Shown in pieces: positions 46,126 through 55,058 of a DNA stretch of 64,000 nucleotides. Source of the stretch: a virus. Position numbers and translations under genes: made by a program. Where the stretch lies: the IMG/VR virus record IMGVR_UViG_3300033148_003376, positions 1 to 64,000 of that record, one strand, 5' to 3'. Each line of letters opens with the position of its first letter. The stretch's first letter is position 1. The notes below the pieces were generated by a model. The model was given only the letters and a program-made list of their open reading frames with translations, was not told where the DNA came from and searched no databases.

Positions 46126-47973
46126 CTAATCAGCCCACGCCATTTTGCCGGTTGCTTCACAATCCCCATATACCATGAACGATGTCAACGAGCCCCCAGA
46201 GAATCGTACAAATATTGTGCCCGCGCCATTATCGCAACGTGCCCTAACGAAAGCGTCGATATTAGTTGTGTTTTGCCCCGCAGTTACTGCCTGTCCGCCT
46301 TCATATCCACTAGCAAAAGTCGTTCCCGACATTACTAGTGTGAAGGTAGAAGTTGCTGTTAGTGTAAAACCTATTTGAAATTTGACCCACCAAATATCGC
46401 CAACTTTTTTATATGGTGTGAAAGTGCCTTTTGTAAGAGTAAACCCTGCATCATCAGAACACACTTCAAGCGTGGAATCATCAGATGGGCAATTTGCAGC
46501 AGCCCCACCATCAACAGCAATATAATCTTTTCTACCAAGCTCCGTATCCCTTGGATGGGAATTACCAATGAAACTGGGCAAAGCCATCGCATCAGGCCCT
46601 GGTCCAACCACGATATCAGCAAAATCAGAAGCATCAAAAGCACCTGCTCCCCAGTCTACACAAATTGTATCTGAGTCCAGCTTGACAATTGCTTTGTCTA
46701 GGAAGGCATCGGCAGCGGTCAATACCCCAATAAGAATACCTAAAGAATTATCCCAATATTCTATTCGGATTCCGGCAAAAGTAGGATCGATCGTTGTTGT
46801 AACGTCTGAGTAGCCTGCTTCGCAATCAGTCGTTCCACCTGCGCTTGTGACTCTGATCGTCTCGCTATTGGTTCCGGTTGCTACGCCGCTTGTGTTGCTT
46901 GTCCATCCTGTAATTGGGACGGTTGCCCAGCATTCTATAAAGTCAGTATTAGCCCATGTGAATGGTACTGTGGCACTTAAAAGCGTCGCTTTTTCATATG
47001 TCGTCTGATCTTCGAGGATCGTTACCCATAGACTGTTTGAATCGGCGTATTTGGTCTGCCCTATATAAGATGCTGTCCCAGTATCGCTAAGGTGACATTG
47101 ACCCTCTACGACTGTCGGAGTACCGGAGTATTTGGATGTGTCTATCGTATAGCCCGATGGTAAATCAAAAGTTAGTGCAGTGTCATCGGGGGCACCGCTT
47201 AGAGACACTCTGATTCTCAACTTCATCTCTTCGCCTACTCGATTCCAATATCCATCTACAGTTGTGTTTGCCGACCAAGTTGCTCCCGGTGTATAATTCG
47301 TCCAGTCCGAAGCATTGAAGGTCTTCACATTCGCCCACGACACGCTGTCTTCCGGCCTTTCGTCATACATGACAGACCAATTCGTAGTACCCACGGCAGT
47401 CCTGACAATACCTATCTTGACGTACCTCTCAGGATTCGGATTTCCCGATGTATTGAGCCATGCCACAAAATTGGTATCTTCGATTTGGTAACACGTTCGT
47501 TCAGAATCAGTCGTAGTGGTTTCCGTCAATCCGTGTGTATCGAAACCGAATCCATATCTGGAGTCTACAGCCAATGCGTCCAAAAACGTCACATCTCCTT
47601 GAGTAACACTTACATCGGTAGCAATATGTGCTTCAGTCGTACAAGGAGATGCATCGCAGGTGCAGAACAAGGTACCATTGTGGCGTTTCGTTCCACTTTT
47701 GACATTGACCACTGTGAGACTACCATACATTGGTTTGAACGATGAGTCGCCTGACGCGCCCCAAGAGGGAATCCCATATCCATCCGTGATGAGACATTGG
47801 CCAGCTTCTCCACCTTCGCTCGACGATCCCAAGGATATCTTGCCAAGTTTAAACAGTCCTTTTCCCCGCATGTTGATACTTCGTTTCATAGGAGCTGCAG
47901 TATTCGGAACAGCAACAGCCCCAGTCAGAAACGGTAGAAACATAAAAAGAATCAGAAATTTCATGTATTGCAT
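46126..47973 (-). CDS. Fibre/receptor-binding-like protein with N-terminal signal-like peptide
   Basis: WTNYTP...GYWNRVGE...FDLPSG...VPITGW fibre-tip motifs. Confidence 0.65.
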   Translation of the reverse strand: MQYMKFLILFMFLPFLTGAVAVPNTAAPMKRSINMRGKGLFKLGKISLGSSSEGGEAGQCLITDGYGIPSWGASGDSSFKPMYGSLTVVNVKSGTKRHNGTLFCTCDASPCTTEAHIATDVSVTQGDVTFLDALAVDSRYGFGFDTHGLTETTTTDSERTCYQIEDTNFVAWLNTSGNPNPERYVKIGIVRTAVGTTNWSVMYDERPEDSVSWANVKTFNASDWTNYTPGATWSANTTVDGYWNRVGEEMKLRIRVSLSGAPDDTALTFDLPSGYTIDTSKYSGTPTVVEGQCHLSDTGTASYIGQTKYADSNSLWVTILEDQTTYEKATLLSATVPFTWANTDFIECWATVPITGWTSNTSGVATGTNSETIRVTSAGGTTDCEAGYSDVTTTIDPTFAGIRIEYWDNSLGILIGVLTAADAFLDKAIVKLDSDTICVDWGAGAFDASDFADIVVGPGPDAMALPSFIGNSHPRDTELGRKDYIAVDGGAAANCPSDDSTLEVCSDDAGFTLTKGTFTPYKKVGDIWWVKFQIGFTLTATSTFTLVMSGTTFASGYEGGQAVTAGQNTTNIDAFVRARCDNGAGTIFVRFSGGSLTSFMVYGDCEATGKMAWAD

Positions 47974-48030
47974 TTATGACCTCCAAAAGATTTGTATATA
48001 AATACCAAAAGAGACTCGGCTAAAGACTCT

Positions 48031-49092
48031 CTATTCTACCTCTTTTACCAATACACGGAAATTACCGTCTTCATTAACTTCTGTGTTGAGTCTAACAGTA
48101 TTCGCATCTGGCGCAGTTCTTCTGAATGTCTCCGTGACATCTTCGTAGTTGCCGTCTTTGTCGAGAATCCTGACAACCGACTTCTCAGCATTCAGATTTT
48201 TCTCGCTCGTGTCAATGTCTTTTTGAGACTGATTTGTAAACGTCACATCCCAATACCCCGACGCTTCACCAGCTTGAACTTCGAAAACCAAAACCCGAAG
48301 ATTCAGGGTTTCTGCATCTTCGGTCGCGAGTCTTACAGTATTCGCATCTGGTGCAGTCCGTTTGAATGTCTCCGTGATGTCTTCATAATTGTTATCGACG
48401 TCAAGAATGTGAGCAATACACTTCTGAGCGTTGATATTGTGTGCGCCAACGTTGACATCTTTTTGTGATTCAGCGGTGAACGTGACGAGATAAGAGTTCG
48501 AGAATACTCCCCCACCTCCACCCGCGCCACCGAATGGCAATACTTCGAGGTTGGCTTTCAACGGTGTCTCAAAATTCCATGTACCTGGGGTACCATCGTT
48601 TTCGAGTCCAATAACAACACGTGTTATCGCTCCAGTAGAGAACAAAGGATCTCCCGCCAATGCGAGTGTATCTCCTTCAGTACCCCAAACGACATACCAT
48701 TTTCCTCGTGGTGAGTCGCTTCGAAGTTCAAGACCCATCTTGACCCATTTCGACGCAGATATGGATTCTCCGAGTTCGGGATCTGCCGAGAAATCCTCGG
48801 TCGTATCTCCGTCTGCAATGTCGATCGTACTCTCTACAGGGTCGACATCGGTATTGGAGATCTGTGGCAAACGTAATTTTCTACGAGTCTGTGTACCACC
48901 GGATCCATTTGTTTCGAGTATCGAAACCGTTCCTGGACCTATTGTAATGACAGTATCCGAGAGTGATACCTGGATCGGTTCTCTGAATCTCGCGTTGAGA
49001 AGAGTGGTTTGATTGTCGAGGAGTTCATCCTCTCCTGATCCGATCTCATCACGTACTGCGTCGTCGTGTATTTGATTCAATTGGACTGTCAT
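48031..49092 (-). CDS. Tail/fibre-associated protein with duplicated C-terminal domain
   Basis: NYEDxTETFxRTAPDANTVRL twice; Gly linker. Confidence 0.65.
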   Translation of the reverse strand: MTVQLNQIHDDAVRDEIGSGEDELLDNQTTLLNARFREPIQVSLSDTVITIGPGTVSILETNGSGGTQTRRKLRLPQISNTDVDPVESTIDIADGDTTEDFSADPELGESISASKWVKMGLELRSDSPRGKWYVVWGTEGDTLALAGDPLFSTGAITRVVIGLENDGTPGTWNFETPLKANLEVLPFGGAGGGGGVFSNSYLVTFTAESQKDVNVGAHNINAQKCIAHILDVDNNYEDITETFKRTAPDANTVRLATEDAETLNLRVLVFEVQAGEASGYWDVTFTNQSQKDIDTSEKNLNAEKSVVRILDKDGNYEDVTETFRRTAPDANTVRLNTEVNEDGNFRVLVKEVE

Positions 49093-49304
49093 TTAGTCAC
49101 CTTCTTTTTGGATCGTTTATGGTCACAATCCTTCGCGTTCAGAAAATATGCATGAAAGATCTCACAGAAATAGACTTTCTTTTTATTTTCGATGACGAAT
49201 GATAGAAACTTGCAGTCATCGCAGTTTTTGAGTTTTTTCTTATACTTACGTGGAGCTGTAGTGATAGTAATAGACATGTAAATTCTCGTGTGCAAGAAGT
49301 GAAT

Positions 49305-49625
49305 TTAGCTCTTCTTGATAAACCTGATTCGTCCATCTTTCGGTACTGCATTTGCAGCCTTGAATATAATTGTAGTCGCCGTTGCTGATACTTCATAGTC
49401 GAACTCAACGCCATCGTGTTGACCAGCCCCGTTGTATTCAACCTGGAGTTCATCTGTCGACGAATCATACGTTTCACCATTCGGGAGTGTAAACGTAAGG
49501 TGATCAGCCGAATATCCGGAACCAGATACACCAATTGCCGTCGTGACAAGAATGGTCTTGTCATAGTGGGTAATAGTGGTGAGAACCGCTGTAGGTATTC
49601 CATTGACTGTCTGTGTTACTTTCAT
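49305..49625 (-). CDS. Small virion protein
   Basis: FTLPNGETY...LQVEYNG...DY. Confidence 0.65.
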   Translation of the reverse strand: MKVTQTVNGIPTAVLTTITHYDKTILVTTAIGVSGSGYSADHLTFTLPNGETYDSSTDELQVEYNGAGQHDGVEFDYEVSATATTIIFKAANAVPKDGRIRFIKKS

Positions 49626-49643
49626 GAAAATACCCTATTTACA

Positions 49644-49681
49644 TCCCGTCGGATCCCAGTTGTAATAGGGATCCGACGGGA
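49644..49681 (-). terminator. 14-bp hairpin downstream of the fibre gene
   Basis: TCCCGTCGGATCCC-N10-GGGATCCGACGGGA. Confidence 0.65.
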
Positions 49682-49712
49682 ACAATTGCAGTCAGAAAAC
49701 GTCTACGGAAGA

Positions 49713-51248
49713 TTACGCTGCAGCGTTGATTTCGACCAATTGCGGTTGCAAGATGACCTTGTCAAGAGCCGATGCGATCCCGAGCAGGTAGATAACCGAA
49801 CTCGCGGTAGTGGGAGCGGTCTTCGTTGCTTCACCAGTAGTCTCGGACACGTAAACCCTTTTCCCGAGATCGAAGTTTGCCGTTTTCGAAGGAGTGACTT
49901 CACCAGCAATCTGAACCAGACCGGATGCCTCGTCGGCAATGTTGGCTTTCACAACTCCGACGATACCTTCGCAGGTAGCGATCCCCGATGCATCACCCGC
50001 GATGATCTCGCCAGCTACCGTGATCGACAGTGCCACGACTGTATTTGCGTCCAGTTGACCACCCGTGTTGTTTGTGAAAGATACGGCTGCGGCTGCGTAG
50101 TTGTCTACATATGCTTTGACCGATTGCTGAGTCGGAACATGAGCATTGCTGTCGGAAGACATGTCGTCTTCGTCAATACCGGGAAGATGTTCGTTGGAAA
50201 CAAATCCAGTCAGACCGTCATGGGTCAATGCATCGACGTATGCCTTGACTGATTGCTGAGTCGGTACTTTGACGGCACTGTCGTCGTCCATACCGTCTTG
50301 ATCTACAGCGGGAAGATGCTCATTGCCGACAAACCCGGTGAGACCGTCATGGGTCAGTGCATCAACGTATGCTTTGACCGATTGTTGAGACGGTGCTTTC
50401 GAGTCGTCATTGTCGTCCATGGCATCTTGGTCGAGGAGCGTGAAATGCTTTGTGCCATCGCCGAGATGGGTATCGATCTGACTGTGGGTGTTGTCTCCTT
50501 TATTTGCCAGGTCGACGTGGTCGGTGACCGATACTGGGCGAAGTTCCCATGCAGGAGTGTCATCAACGTACAGAGCGTCCTTGTTGTCTGCGTCACTGTA
50601 TGCGACGTAACCTTCTACCGGTGTAACTGCTACCCAGGTGTCTGTTACGAATTCGACGATATCGCCAGCGCTGGCACCATCGTAATTCGCATGAGGTTCG
50701 CCACCATCTACGGACAGAATGTAACGATACCCATTGGTCTCATAACCAGCACCACCAGGTTCAGCCGTGTTGTCAGCGACGATGGCTCTGACTGCCGTTC
50801 TTCGACTGTAGCCGGTCGAAAGAGCGTTCAATTGAGTTTGGACCGCCGATGTTACACCATCCAAGTATCCCAGTTCGGTGTCGGTAACAGCCGTGGCAAC
50901 CGGGATACCATTGGCGTCAGACGCCAGCGCACGGTTTGCCGTGATAGCAGCCGCTTCGACAGTCGCACCACCACTTGATTTCATGACGCGGTTGTTGTTG
51001 AGTGCCGTTGACGAGTTTGTACCACCGTTGGCAACCGGCAAAACACCGGTAACTTCCGACGTCAACCCGATATCGCCCGATGTGAATTTCTTGTCAGCAT
51101 CGACCTTCAACGGCTTCGACGCAGTTACGCCAGCCGCGCCGATCTGGAAATTGTCAGCCTTGAGAAAATTCCCGGTTGCACTCAGGTCGACGGTTGACGG
51201 AATACCACTTGCTGGTATTACCCTTACTTTGGTAATCGTTTCTGCCAT
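49713..51248 (-). CDS. Tail fibre-like protein with QQSVKAYVD repeats
   Basis: GVLPVANGGT, TELGYLDGVTSAVQTQL, three PxQQSVKAYVD. Confidence 0.75.
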   Translation of the reverse strand: MAETITKVRVIPASGIPSTVDLSATGNFLKADNFQIGAAGVTASKPLKVDADKKFTSGDIGLTSEVTGVLPVANGGTNSSTALNNNRVMKSSGGATVEAAAITANRALASDANGIPVATAVTDTELGYLDGVTSAVQTQLNALSTGYSRRTAVRAIVADNTAEPGGAGYETNGYRYILSVDGGEPHANYDGASAGDIVEFVTDTWVAVTPVEGYVAYSDADNKDALYVDDTPAWELRPVSVTDHVDLANKGDNTHSQIDTHLGDGTKHFTLLDQDAMDDNDDSKAPSQQSVKAYVDALTHDGLTGFVGNEHLPAVDQDGMDDDSAVKVPTQQSVKAYVDALTHDGLTGFVSNEHLPGIDEDDMSSDSNAHVPTQQSVKAYVDNYAAAAVSFTNNTGGQLDANTVVALSITVAGEIIAGDASGIATCEGIVGVVKANIADEASGLVQIAGEVTPSKTANFDLGKRVYVSETTGEATKTAPTTASSVIYLLGIASALDKVILQPQLVEINAAA

Positions 51249-51310
51249 GACTTAATTCCCCTTGTTCAATGTTGTTATTTGGTGGTAACTAACCTATATA
51301 AACAGATATT

Positions 51311-51655
51311 TCAGTCTGTGTTTTTGAAATGTCTGATGATGTGGTACGTCACAGATCCACCCAAGACCTTGTTGATGTCTTTCGAGACTTTTGTGAAATA
51401 CTTGTCAGATCGCTTGAGGATCGCTTGAATCTTCTCCTCGTCTTCCTTGGTGTGTATCCAAAGTGTATTATTGACGACTGTAGCTTTCTTTCCGTTTTTG
51501 GCACGTTCGACTAAAATCTTTTCTAGATCATCCTTGTTCGAAATTCCGTCGATCTTGCCCTTAGTCGGAACAGACTTTGCCACACGCATTTTCGATTGTG
51601 GTTTTTTGACAACTCGTTTTTTCGGTGTTTGTTTTTTGGATACACGTTTTGCCAT
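51311..51655 (-). CDS. Basic hypothetical protein
   Basis: Lys-rich N-terminus. Confidence 0.55.
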   Translation of the reverse strand: MAKRVSKKQTPKKRVVKKPQSKMRVAKSVPTKGKIDGISNKDDLEKILVERAKNGKKATVVNNTLWIHTKEDEEKIQAILKRSDKYFTKVSKDINKVLGGSVTYHIIRHFKNTD

Positions 51656-51656
51656 G

Positions 51657-54245
51657 TTATGCAATTCCCCATGGTGAAATGTTCATGTTGAGACCGCCAT
51701 TTTCCCAGAACCCAGCGAACATTTGCCAGAATCCTGAACCACCACTTGGTGGTGAAATTGTCAATTTTCCAAGTTCAGCTCCGAGGTAAACCCACGTGTT
51801 ATCCGAAGGAACAGACCCTTCGATGAAATCGTCATCTTCAATGACACCCGCTGGAACAAATCCATTTGTCTGAAATGGAGTAAGCACTCCATGTTCTTTT
51901 GTTTCTCTGATAATACCTATGACACTGGCCTTGATTTGGGTTGTCCAGTCAGCATATGAAATTGCGGTACCAGAGATCTTTCTGATGAGACGTCCCTTTT
52001 TCATCTCACCACCGGAACCGTTCAATAGACGTCGATACGGTGAAATCCTGATAGCAGAATCTGGAGCATCTGCAGTCGTGTAATTCATCTCTCCATCATC
52101 AGATATCCAGATACCGTCTTTACCTGCAGTGATAGGATTCGACGATTGACGCGACATGATGACACCAGTCGGATCGAGAAGACCCGCGATCTCAAAGTCT
52201 CCATTGATCTTCATCAACTTCTCACCACCAGGACCATTGATCTCGATCGGTTCGCCAGATGCTATCGTAATGACTCTACCACCATCATACGCACTCTGAA
52301 GAGATCCTATAGAGCCACCAGGACCAACACCGGCTACCTGTTTGATCGAAGGAGCGATGACGAACTTGAGAATGGCACCAACCGGAACTATTTTCCGTGT
52401 CCGAATCTTGTTGACGTAGTCGTTCTCAGCACCGTCTTCTTCGAAATCCTGGTCAACAACGTTACCGTCTCCAGATATATCGAGATCAACACCAGGAGTA
52501 AGTCCAGTCGCAATCAGGAAGCCTTTGGAACCAGGTGTATTGCTCACACCACCGATGATATAGTGCTTCTCGTCTGATGCATCCTTATAGGTATACGTAG
52601 CTCTGACTTCTGATAAATTAGCTCCGTCGAGAAATGAAAGAAGACCGGTACCGGTGCTATATCCAGAAGGTGTGAACGCTCCTGCAATTGGGATCTCTGC
52701 TCGTTCAGCTTCGACACCGTTTTTCAAAACTTGGAGTTCAGCTCGACCATTTCGATAATTCTTGAGAGCGTCTGAATTTCGACTATCAAGAGGGATCGTG
52801 ATCAAATCACCTGGGTTGTACGGACTTGTTACTCTCTTTGGTTCTTCGTAGACCCACGTCCGCGTTATTTCCCTTCCATCAAACAGATAGACAGACTGTG
52901 CGGCGACAACACCGACGATATAGATTCTACCGTCAAGATGTCCAGCGGTATCAGGTTTGAGTGGAGCGGTATTTATTTTACCTTTCACGAGAGCCGAATT
53001 GGTTCTCATGACCCAGGCACCTTTGATCGTACTGAAAGCCGATAGATCAATAACAGAACCAAGACCGTCATCGACCGTAATCCTACCTTCGTACCCCTCG
53101 GATAAAACTGACGGTGTAACGTTGACAAGAACGGCAGTTTTCTTGAGCGTGTTTTCCGAGATCGTCAAGAGAGAAACGTTTGTCTTTTGGTTCACACCTT
53201 TGAATTCAATCGTGAACCCGCTCGTGAAATTACCAGATACATCAACAAGATCAATCGTTGTGAGATCTTCGAGTCGAGATTTCAGAGCATTGGCTGTAAT
53301 GTTGTACGTGAGAAGACCGGTCTCAGCTCCGAGAAAAGATACTTTCCAAGTACCCTCGTCTGGAACAGCGTCAAATGAGATCTTCTGTGTTTCATTTCCA
53401 CCGGCAGAAGGAGCACCATACACCCTACCAGCTATTTTCACGGAATCCTGATCGCCGATGATCAAATAATCATCGTTCGAGAAATCTGTGACATCGTCGA
53501 GCTTGACGATCCCTGTTCCATCACCATCGGCTATGAATCTATGCGAAGTATAAATATAGGAATAGAGGATGTCATCTTCGACGAGAGATCCGATAGAACC
53601 GGCTGGAAGTGTCGTTTTTCCGTAGAACGGAAGTAGGATCTCAAAGTCATTCGACCAGTCAAGTGTCGAATTGAGGTAATCAACAACCCCACCACCTTTG
53701 AGTCGTATTCCTAGTCTTTGCTTCAAGTAGTCATCGAAGTCGACAAGATCATCGAGTCGTCTTCTGAACTCAGGATGTGCAACCGGATCCAAATTGTGTG
53801 CTGAGATCTCACCAGCCTGTGTGTATTTCCAATCGAACAGTTCTTCGAGGACTACGTTAGTAATGGCTATTTGGTATCTGAGTGATACAGATCCGTCTGG
53901 ATTGTATTGAACCGAGTCGACATCCGGATGGTAAATCGCGAGCAGAAACTCTACATTCAAAGAGTCTCGTGCGTAAATACAGACTTCTTCAATCTTCTTG
54001 ACATCGACTGATTGTCCAGAGGGAATACGACAGATCATCTCTTGGGTGTGTTCGTCGATAGATGATTTGCCTGAGATCGGAGCCTTGAACCACTGGTCCA
54101 CGTTTGGTGCCGTTCGGGTCGGATCAAACGCACCTTTCGTGGTCGATACCCCGAAATCGGTTGGGAAGATCTTCCAACCTTCATTGGATTGAGCATCTTG
54201 GCACTTTAACAATCCTAGATTGGTCAATGTACCTATTGTGGCCAT
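51657..54245 (-). CDS. Baseplate-attached tail fibre protein
   Basis: LTNLGL...IEEVCIYA...HNLDPVAHP gpH-like N-terminus. Confidence 0.7.
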   Translation of the reverse strand: MATIGTLTNLGLLKCQDAQSNEGWKIFPTDFGVSTTKGAFDPTRTAPNVDQWFKAPISGKSSIDEHTQEMICRIPSGQSVDVKKIEEVCIYARDSLNVEFLLAIYHPDVDSVQYNPDGSVSLRYQIAITNVVLEELFDWKYTQAGEISAHNLDPVAHPEFRRRLDDLVDFDDYLKQRLGIRLKGGGVVDYLNSTLDWSNDFEILLPFYGKTTLPAGSIGSLVEDDILYSYIYTSHRFIADGDGTGIVKLDDVTDFSNDDYLIIGDQDSVKIAGRVYGAPSAGGNETQKISFDAVPDEGTWKVSFLGAETGLLTYNITANALKSRLEDLTTIDLVDVSGNFTSGFTIEFKGVNQKTNVSLLTISENTLKKTAVLVNVTPSVLSEGYEGRITVDDGLGSVIDLSAFSTIKGAWVMRTNSALVKGKINTAPLKPDTAGHLDGRIYIVGVVAAQSVYLFDGREITRTWVYEEPKRVTSPYNPGDLITIPLDSRNSDALKNYRNGRAELQVLKNGVEAERAEIPIAGAFTPSGYSTGTGLLSFLDGANLSEVRATYTYKDASDEKHYIIGGVSNTPGSKGFLIATGLTPGVDLDISGDGNVVDQDFEEDGAENDYVNKIRTRKIVPVGAILKFVIAPSIKQVAGVGPGGSIGSLQSAYDGGRVITIASGEPIEINGPGGEKLMKINGDFEIAGLLDPTGVIMSRQSSNPITAGKDGIWISDDGEMNYTTADAPDSAIRISPYRRLLNGSGGEMKKGRLIRKISGTAISYADWTTQIKASVIGIIRETKEHGVLTPFQTNGFVPAGVIEDDDFIEGSVPSDNTWVYLGAELGKLTISPPSGGSGFWQMFAGFWENGGLNMNISPWGIA

Positions 54246-54257
54246 CGTCTCACCATC

Positions 54258-55058
54258 CTACAACGTACCAACCGCGATGCCACCGCTAAACGAATAATCG
54301 GTGAATCCGGCTGCAATGATGTTCGTTTCAAAACTCGCCTCATATTGTAAATCGAGAGCATCGAGTCTCGGGAAGATATAGTGTTTGATAAAAATCTGGA
54401 GTTTAGTCAGAGTCTCGATCGGATTGGGAACAAGAGATTCATTCATATTAATTTCCATATCGAATGTCTGAAGCTCTGCCTCGTTCCCTCCGGACAGTCT
54501 CACCGACGCGATCGACGATACAAGACTGTCATCCCCAGCGTCGTGAACCACTCTTAGATATGGATTTGCTGTATTCCAATCATCCACAATCTGTGCGATG
54601 GTCTTGATCCCGTCGAAATCAAGTACGATCGAATCTCCGATTCCCCCAACATCGACAGCTTCGTATGTCACACCCTCGTGGGTCGCACGAGATTTTTGGT
54701 CAATCGACTCCCACCATTCGGTGATATTGAACTCGAACCCGAGGATTTTCAAAACCAGCTCAAGACCGTCTCGATGACTTTTGAGAAAATGCACAAGGTT
54801 CAAGATCGAGTGCATGATGTCATATTCAACGTTCGTCAGAGTATCGATTACATTTTTGATGTATCCATAACCCGACTCGATGATGACTTCATCAATAACA
54901 CGAGTTCTAACGAACTCAGGACCATGGTATTTGTATTTTACATCCTTGAGTTCTTCCTCTGACTTGTCGATCACATAGTCGAGCATCTCAGCCAGCTTTA
55001 TGTAAAGCGACCGTTCTCTCAGCTTTTCAGGAATGAGTTCAAGGGAGTTGAAACCCAC
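54258..55058 (-). CDS. Baseplate wedge protein (P2 gpI / gp7-like)
   Basis: GLELVLKILG..ITEWWE; follows the gp6-like gene. Confidence 0.65.
   Translation of the reverse strand: MGFNSLELIPEKLRERSLYIKLAEMLDYVIDKSEEELKDVKYKYHGPEFVRTRVIDEVIIESGYGYIKNVIDTLTNVEYDIMHSILNLVHFLKSHRDGLELVLKILGFEFNITEWWESIDQKSRATHEGVTYEAVDVGGIGDSIVLDFDGIKTIAQIVDDWNTANPYLRVVHDAGDDSLVSSIASVRLSGGNEAELQTFDMEINMNESLVPNPIETLTKLQIFIKHYIFPRLDALDLQYEASFETNIIAAGFTDYSFSGGIAVGTL

Noticed and set aside
47997-48004. T4 late promoter TATAAATA
   Set aside because: Single occurrence noticed and on the strand opposite to the late genes
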